Shown here piece by piece: positions 58,953 through 64,000 of a stretch of DNA of 64,000 nt. The stretch lies in sequence record NZ_CP137560.1. The stretch is one strand, 5' to 3'. Under the pieces are notes generated by a model. That model ran no database searches. It was not told where the DNA came from and saw only the letters and a program-made list of their open reading frames with translations. The translations under genes were made by a program, and so were the position numbers. Every line of letters begins with the position of its first letter. The stretch's first letter is position 1. The stretch comes from a plasmid.

Positions 58953-61900
58953 ATGAAACAAATACTCTTGACCTTAGTTTTTGCTGTAGTCAATACATGG
59001 TCAGCATGGGCCTTGGACTTCTGCTTTCGACATCTCAATACCTCTAATGGCTTGCCTAATCAACAAGTGGAAGCCATCGTGCAAGATGCCGATGGATATA
59101 TCTGGATTGGTACCCGAAATGGGTTGGCCAAGTTTGATGGTTATAATGTGCAGACTTATTACCATCAAGAAGGAAAGGTACATTCGTTGATACATAATTT
59201 TGTTCATGGACTGTTTGTGGATTCCAGAAAGGACTTATGGATTGCTACAGAAAATGGCGTGAGCCGTTATCGCTCCAAAACGGATGATTTCCAAAATTAT
59301 GGCAATGTCAAAGGGTATTGCACTAGTTTCGTGGAAACGAAAGATGGCCGAATCCTGACGGGGCATGACAAGCTCTTTGTCTATGACAAGAAGACGGATG
59401 CCTTCTCCGTTTATCCGTCTCTCAACTATGGAGCCATCGCCTCCATGGCAAGAGACGGCAAGGGCAATATCTTTGTATCTACCAACAAGGCTGTTTTTTC
59501 TTTTAATGCAACGCTATCCAAGATAAGTCTTCACAAATTGGGTGGCTTGGGAAATTCTGGCATAGAGCAAAATACCATCAAGCCACTTTATGTGGATTCT
59601 CGGCAGCGCTTGTGGATTGGATGTGACAATGGGGGATTGGCATGTGTCTATCTTGCTACTGGCAAGGAGGTGAAGTATGAGGCGAAATGGCTTACAGGGG
59701 GAATCGTGAGAACCATCACCGAGGACAAGCGCCATAACATCTGGCTGGGCACGGAGATGGGTATTGCCGTGATTGCTCCTGATGGGCATATAGAGAGAAT
59801 CAAAAAAGAGGCAAACAAGTCGAATAGCTTGACGGATAATGCGATCTATAGTATCTTGTCGGACAGGGAGGATAATATCTGGATTGGCTCCTATTTCGGA
59901 GGCGTGGATTACTTGGTCAAGCGCAACTCTTGGTTTATGCATGATTATGCCAATGGAAAACCTGGGGCATTCAATGCACGTATTCCTCGCTCAATAGTTG
60001 AGGCGGAGGGTGGATTGGTTTGGATTGCCACAGAGGATAATGGTGTCTTCATCTATGATATGCAGAACCATGTTTTTACTCCTTTTACGGGCATCCCAAC
60101 ACTTGGCTCCAATGTGCATAGTCTTTATTATGACCCTGTGTCTCGTGATATGTGGATAGGCTCACGCTTCAATGGATTGTTCCGTTATCAATTAGGTACA
60201 CACCAATATTCACAATATTATTATACGAATGGTATCACATCGGCGGGAATCTTCGATGTCTGTAAGACTTCGAATGGCAGGATTTGGGTCGCTACCATGG
60301 ATGGCCTACGCTATTATGATGCCAAGAACAATGTCTTCCGCAAGATAGGTCATCAACTTCTTGACCATGTGTTCATCTATTCGCTTTTTGAGGATAGTAA
60401 GCATCGCTTGTGGGCGGCAACTACTTCTTATGGCCTTTTCTGCATAGATCATGGTAAGGTGATACGCTACAGTAAGGAAAGCCATTGTGGGTTGACGGAT
60501 AATTATATTATCGTCGTATTTGAAGATTCTCAAAAGAGGATTTGGATTGGCACGAACAATAGTGGCATGTTTTGTCTTGATACTACTGGCAAAGAGAAGA
60601 TTAAACATGCATCCTGTGGTCTTCCACAGGAATGCACGATTTGTAGTATTGTAGAAGATGCCAATCATTGTTTGTGGATTGGCACGGATCGTGGACTTTT
60701 TCGCTATAATATTGTGGATGGTAGCACTCGTTGTTTCACTGCAAATGCAGAACTGCCGGTTAACCAATTCAACTTTACTTCATCCTATTACTCTCCTCGG
60801 GGCTTTATGATGATGGGCACTTTTGATGGCTTGCTCACTTTCTATCCTCAAAAGATAGAGGATAAACCTGTTAATTACCAAATACATTTTAAACAGCTTT
60901 ATATCAACAATAAGCTCATGGGTGTGGCAAGTGAAGACTCGCCACTCAAGACCCGCCTTGATTGTACCGATGAAATCGTGTTGAGTTATGATCAGGCAAA
61001 GTCGTTCTCTATAGAATATGGTGTCATAATGCCTGGCTGTATGGAGAATGTCAGGTATCAGATAAAGGTGGATGGCATAGATAAGGATTGGCGAGACATG
61101 GGGACTGAGCATCGTTTTAATGGTTATTTGCTTCAACCTGGCAACTATCGTCTTCATGTAAGAGCCTACAATGGTGTAATGAACGAAGGAAATGCGAAAG
61201 AACGAGTCTTGAATATTGTTGTTAAGGCTCCATTCTATCGTTCCAATTTTGCGATATTCATCTATTTCCTTCTTTTGTGCGGCATCGCTTTTGGAGCGAT
61301 TGCTTTTTATAATATGAGAATGAAGGAAAAGGCAGAAATCAAATATGTGAGTCTGGAAAAGGAAAAGGTGAAAGAGGTGGACAAGATGAAGTCCAACTTC
61401 TTTACAATGGTTTCTCATGAGTTAAAAACCCCGTTGGCTCTCATTAAGGCTCCTTTGAAGACGATAGCCGCATCACAACTCAACGAAGATGCTAAGACTT
61501 CGCTTGATATGGCGATACGTAATGCAACTAAGATGGAGCACATAATCAATGAATTGGTGACATTCAACAAGATAGAGTCCGACAACTTCCCTTTCTATGT
61601 TCAACAGGGTAATCCTGTGGAATTCATAGCCATGGCAGCTGCAAATTTCAAGGAAGTGGTTTCTTCTAAGGGGCTAAAGCTTGAGATTCGTGCCATTGAT
61701 AATGGAGAGGAGGGATGGTTCTCACCTTCTTATATAGAGCATATCCTCAACAATTTGATGTCGAATGCGATGAAGTTCACTTCCACTGGTGGTGTCATTA
61801 CCATTGGGGCGGAGATGGTGCGGAAGCCAGAATCTTCCGACTTGTTCCTGAAGATGGAAGTAGCCGATACGGGCATTGGCATCATGAAAGAAGAAATCGC

Positions 61901-62969
61901 TAATATCTTTGAGCGATATTATCAAACCAAGCGTGGCTTTAATGCCAATAGTAAAGGCTGGGGTATCGGCTTGTCTTTGGTTCGTCGCTTGGCAGAGATT
62001 CATAAGGGAAGTGTCGCTGTTGATAGTGAGTTGGGAAAAGGAAGTACTTTTACTGTGTTGATTGATGTGGCAGAAAATGCTTTCTCGGAAAAAGATAAGA
62101 TCTCATCCGACAAGGAATTGGTTACAGTGAAAGATTATGTTAGTAAGGCAGAGCCTTTAGCTGTAGATTCGCAAGAAAGTGGCATGTTGCAAGTTCCAAT
62201 GGAAGTAGAGAATGCCGAGGACAAGCATACGCTATTGGTCGTGGAGGACAATGTTGATATGTTGAGGTTCTTAACGGAACTATTGGGAAAGACATATCAT
62301 GTCGTTACGGCAGAGGATGGACAAGAAGCTTGGAATATTGCTATCTCACGGCAGGATATAGAAATGGTTGTGTCTGATGTGATGATGCCAAAGATGACAG
62401 GCAATGAACTTTGCAACATGTTGAAGGGGAATATGGCAACATCACACATTCCTGTCATACTTCTGACCGCTAAAAGCGACCCTGACGACATCAAGAGCGG
62501 TTATAAGGATGGGGCGGATGTGTATATATCCAAACCATTTGACCCTATGGCTCTTTGTTATCAGATAGGAAATATCCTTAGGTTGGTTTGTAGCCGTCAA
62601 GAAAAGATTGTGGAGGGAGGTAAAGAGGCTGCTGAGGCAAATAAGGCCCTTACTCAGTTGGATAAAGATTTTGTAAAGAACATTTGTGATATGGTGGAAG
62701 CAAACTTGGATAATGCAAATTTCTCTATAGAGGATATCACTGTGAGCATGGGCATTTCACGTAGTCTCTTATATACCAAGATGAAGAGCCTCATGAATAT
62801 CTCAATGGGTGATTATATCCGTCATAAGCGTATAGAGCGTGCCTGCCGTATGCTTTCTGAAGGTTATAATGTTTCAGAGACAGCATACGCTTGCGGATTC
62901 TCCGACCCTAATTATTTCTCAAAGGTATTTAAGAAGATAAAAGGGGTGGCTCCTTCCGATTATTCGTAA
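58953..62969 (+). CDS. hybrid two-component system sensor kinase/response regulator with AraC-type HTH (HTCS)
   Basis: 1338 aa. Periplasmic beta-propeller/Y_Y_Y repeats, a TM helix, HisKA (SHELKTPL), HATPase, a receiver (DVMMPKMTG), and a C-terminal AraC HTH. Confidence 0.9.
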   Translation: MKQILLTLVFAVVNTWSAWALDFCFRHLNTSNGLPNQQVEAIVQDADGYIWIGTRNGLAKFDGYNVQTYYHQEGKVHSLIHNFVHGLFVDSRKDLWIATENGVSRYRSKTDDFQNYGNVKGYCTSFVETKDGRILTGHDKLFVYDKKTDAFSVYPSLNYGAIASMARDGKGNIFVSTNKAVFSFNATLSKISLHKLGGLGNSGIEQNTIKPLYVDSRQRLWIGCDNGGLACVYLATGKEVKYEAKWLTGGIVRTITEDKRHNIWLGTEMGIAVIAPDGHIERIKKEANKSNSLTDNAIYSILSDREDNIWIGSYFGGVDYLVKRNSWFMHDYANGKPGAFNARIPRSIVEAEGGLVWIATEDNGVFIYDMQNHVFTPFTGIPTLGSNVHSLYYDPVSRDMWIGSRFNGLFRYQLGTHQYSQYYYTNGITSAGIFDVCKTSNGRIWVATMDGLRYYDAKNNVFRKIGHQLLDHVFIYSLFEDSKHRLWAATTSYGLFCIDHGKVIRYSKESHCGLTDNYIIVVFEDSQKRIWIGTNNSGMFCLDTTGKEKIKHASCGLPQECTICSIVEDANHCLWIGTDRGLFRYNIVDGSTRCFTANAELPVNQFNFTSSYYSPRGFMMMGTFDGLLTFYPQKIEDKPVNYQIHFKQLYINNKLMGVASEDSPLKTRLDCTDEIVLSYDQAKSFSIEYGVIMPGCMENVRYQIKVDGIDKDWRDMGTEHRFNGYLLQPGNYRLHVRAYNGVMNEGNAKERVLNIVVKAPFYRSNFAIFIYFLLLCGIAFGAIAFYNMRMKEKAEIKYVSLEKEKVKEVDKMKSNFFTMVSHELKTPLALIKAPLKTIAASQLNEDAKTSLDMAIRNATKMEHIINELVTFNKIESDNFPFYVQQGNPVEFIAMAAANFKEVVSSKGLKLEIRAIDNGEEGWFSPSYIEHILNNLMSNAMKFTSTGGVITIGAEMVRKPESSDLFLKMEVADTGIGIMKEEIANIFERYYQTKRGFNANSKGWGIGLSLVRRLAEIHKGSVAVDSELGKGSTFTVLIDVAENAFSEKDKISSDKELVTVKDYVSKAEPLAVDSQESGMLQVPMEVENAEDKHTLLVVEDNVDMLRFLTELLGKTYHVVTAEDGQEAWNIAISRQDIEMVVSDVMMPKMTGNELCNMLKGNMATSHIPVILLTAKSDPDDIKSGYKDGADVYISKPFDPMALCYQIGNILRLVCSRQEKIVEGGKEAAEANKALTQLDKDFVKNICDMVEANLDNANFSIEDITVSMGISRSLLYTKMKSLMNISMGDYIRHKRIERACRMLSEGYNVSETAYACGFSDPNYFSKVFKKIKGVAPSDYS

Positions 62970-62996
62970 CAAAACCTCATATGGAATAAATTGGCT

Positions 62997-63028
62997 AACC
63001 CCCAAAGCTTAACTAAACTTTGGGGGTT
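62997..63028. terminator. hairpin terminator after the HTCS gene
   Basis: AACCCCCAAAG cttaactaaa CTTTGGGGGTT. Confidence 0.5.
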
Positions 63029-63507
63029 GGCGCAAATTCCGTATGCAATGTCTACATTGGATGCTCCTTGAAGTCTTGTTCTGAAGTGAATTTAGTTTGT
63101 TTAAAAAATCTCTCAATCATAATTGTTTGACTTGCTTAGAGAATTGAATTCTCTATTTAGATAATGATACAAAGAAACTTGGCAGGTTCTCCATTAAGGG
63201 AACGAAAACAATGTTGTTTCAATATACGATAGTTGTAACTTTACAGGCGTATTACAAACCTTTTAGAGTGATAGATTATGGCAAGATTACTTGGCGGATG
63301 CCACCCATCCCTTTATCCGTGTGGCAGATTATGCAGGCTAACTTCCCTCCCTCGTTCCACAGCTACGAAGGAACTTCGAACTTTCTCCGAAGAGCCTGCT
63401 AATGGCATTACTACGAGTGGCTGGAGAACGGCGATAGTGTATGTGAAAAGAATAGAAAAATAAGATTAAAAAACGAAAACCATTTTATTGATTTTTTTGG
63501 ACATACT

Positions 63508-63648
63508 GAAGAAGCGCTTCTTTGCAACTTAAAGAAGCGCTTTATTAACACTTAACGAAGCGCATCATGAGACCTTAATAAAGCGCATCATTAAACCCTA
63601 ACGAAGCGCATCGTTAGACCTTATAAATGCGCATCGTTAGATTTGATA
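63508..63648. repeat. tandem array of six degenerate 23-bp units, each with a palindromic core GA(A/T)GCGC(A/T)TC
   Basis: Cores at 63511, 63534, 63557, 63580, 63603 and 63626, an exact 23-nt period. Unit 1 contains the perfect palindrome GAAGCGCTTC. Confidence 0.6.
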
Positions 63649-64000
63649 AATATACTTTCTTTGAGGAAATGCTTTCTCATCGGATAGTGTGTCAAGATTT
63701 ATGACTCTCCCTCATCCTCTTCTCCATGAAAGATGTTATTAGAAAGACTAACAAATATTTACTAAAAATCATATAAAACAATCTAATTTTCGAGAAATTA
63801 AGAGGAGTTTCGTATTATTTTCATTATATTTGCAACAAATTGAAATCAATGATGATTGTAATGACATTTGCAACAACAAAACATATATCAAATAAACTCC
63901 AAAGATGTAATGTTCCCCATTACATCCTTCATTGTAATCTTCGGAAATAATATCTATCTCATTTCAGATAACATATTATTAACGAATTAAAATTTACATG

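Noticed and set aside
63150-63480. Possible structured RNA (RNase P/tmRNA/6S) in the ORF-poor region after the HTCS
   Set aside because: I could not find the hallmark motifs of those RNAs by eye. Only short overlapping ORFs are present. Left unannotated.
63508-63648. CRISPR array
   Set aside because: The repeat units are directly adjacent with no spacers, and the units are degenerate. No cas genes are in the window.
1-64000. tRNA genes, possibly marking a mobile-element insertion site
   Set aside because: I scanned for T-loop-like GTTCGA/GTTCRANYC motifs with a matching acceptor stem and found none convincing.

Overview
This 64 kb window is from a Bacteroidota chromosome, probably Prevotellaceae. 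The evidence for that is the TAnnTTTG -7 promoter boxes, SusC/SusD loci, a hybrid two-component regulator, T9SS C-terminal sorting domains, and no Shine-Dalgarno usage. It divides into four parts.

(1) 1-7760: the truncated end of a mobile element or prophage-like unit. It carries a toprim primase, an AAA helicase-loader, a duplicated-wHTH replication initiator, an 0.8 kb AT-rich ORF-free region, an XRE regulator, and an rtcB RNA ligase. Two unknown ORFs precede rtcB, and TGCGCA palindromes sit in its promoter.

(2) 7760-24300: mostly housekeeping genes. These include an AmmeMemoRadiSam system (MEMO1+AMMECR1 fusion plus radical SAM), threonine aldolase, yaaA, rhaM-like, a type-B carboxylesterase and TerC. 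They are interrupted by gene-decay remnants: sulfatase and WecB fragments, a frameshifted IS1182-type transposase, and an IS110-type N-terminal fragment next to a 28-bp perfect hairpin. An ECF sigma / anti-sigma / secreted-protein module and an orphan ATPase_2-type AAA ATPase also lie here.

(3) 24300-36000: an accessory patch. It holds a C10 (streptopain/interpain-like) cysteine protease with a T9SS tail, and a DUF1016 PD-(D/E)xK nuclease beside an HsdR N-terminal fragment. Two ~98% identical 1.05 kb copies of a Zn-alcohol dehydrogenase gene (one frameshifted) flank a 1010-aa Asn/Asp-rich T9SS cargo gene as direct repeats. All three minus-strand genes share one conserved ~120 bp promoter/leader.

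(4) 36000-63000: two SusC/SusD loci. One is a CAZyme-free SusC/SusD-DUF4843-PKD-TlpA lipoprotein locus. The other is a pectin side-chain PUL (CE12, GH2, GH43 x2, a six-hairpin GH, and a hybrid two-component regulator), followed by a 6 x 23-bp palindrome-cored tandem array.

No rRNA, CRISPR or convincing tRNA was seen.
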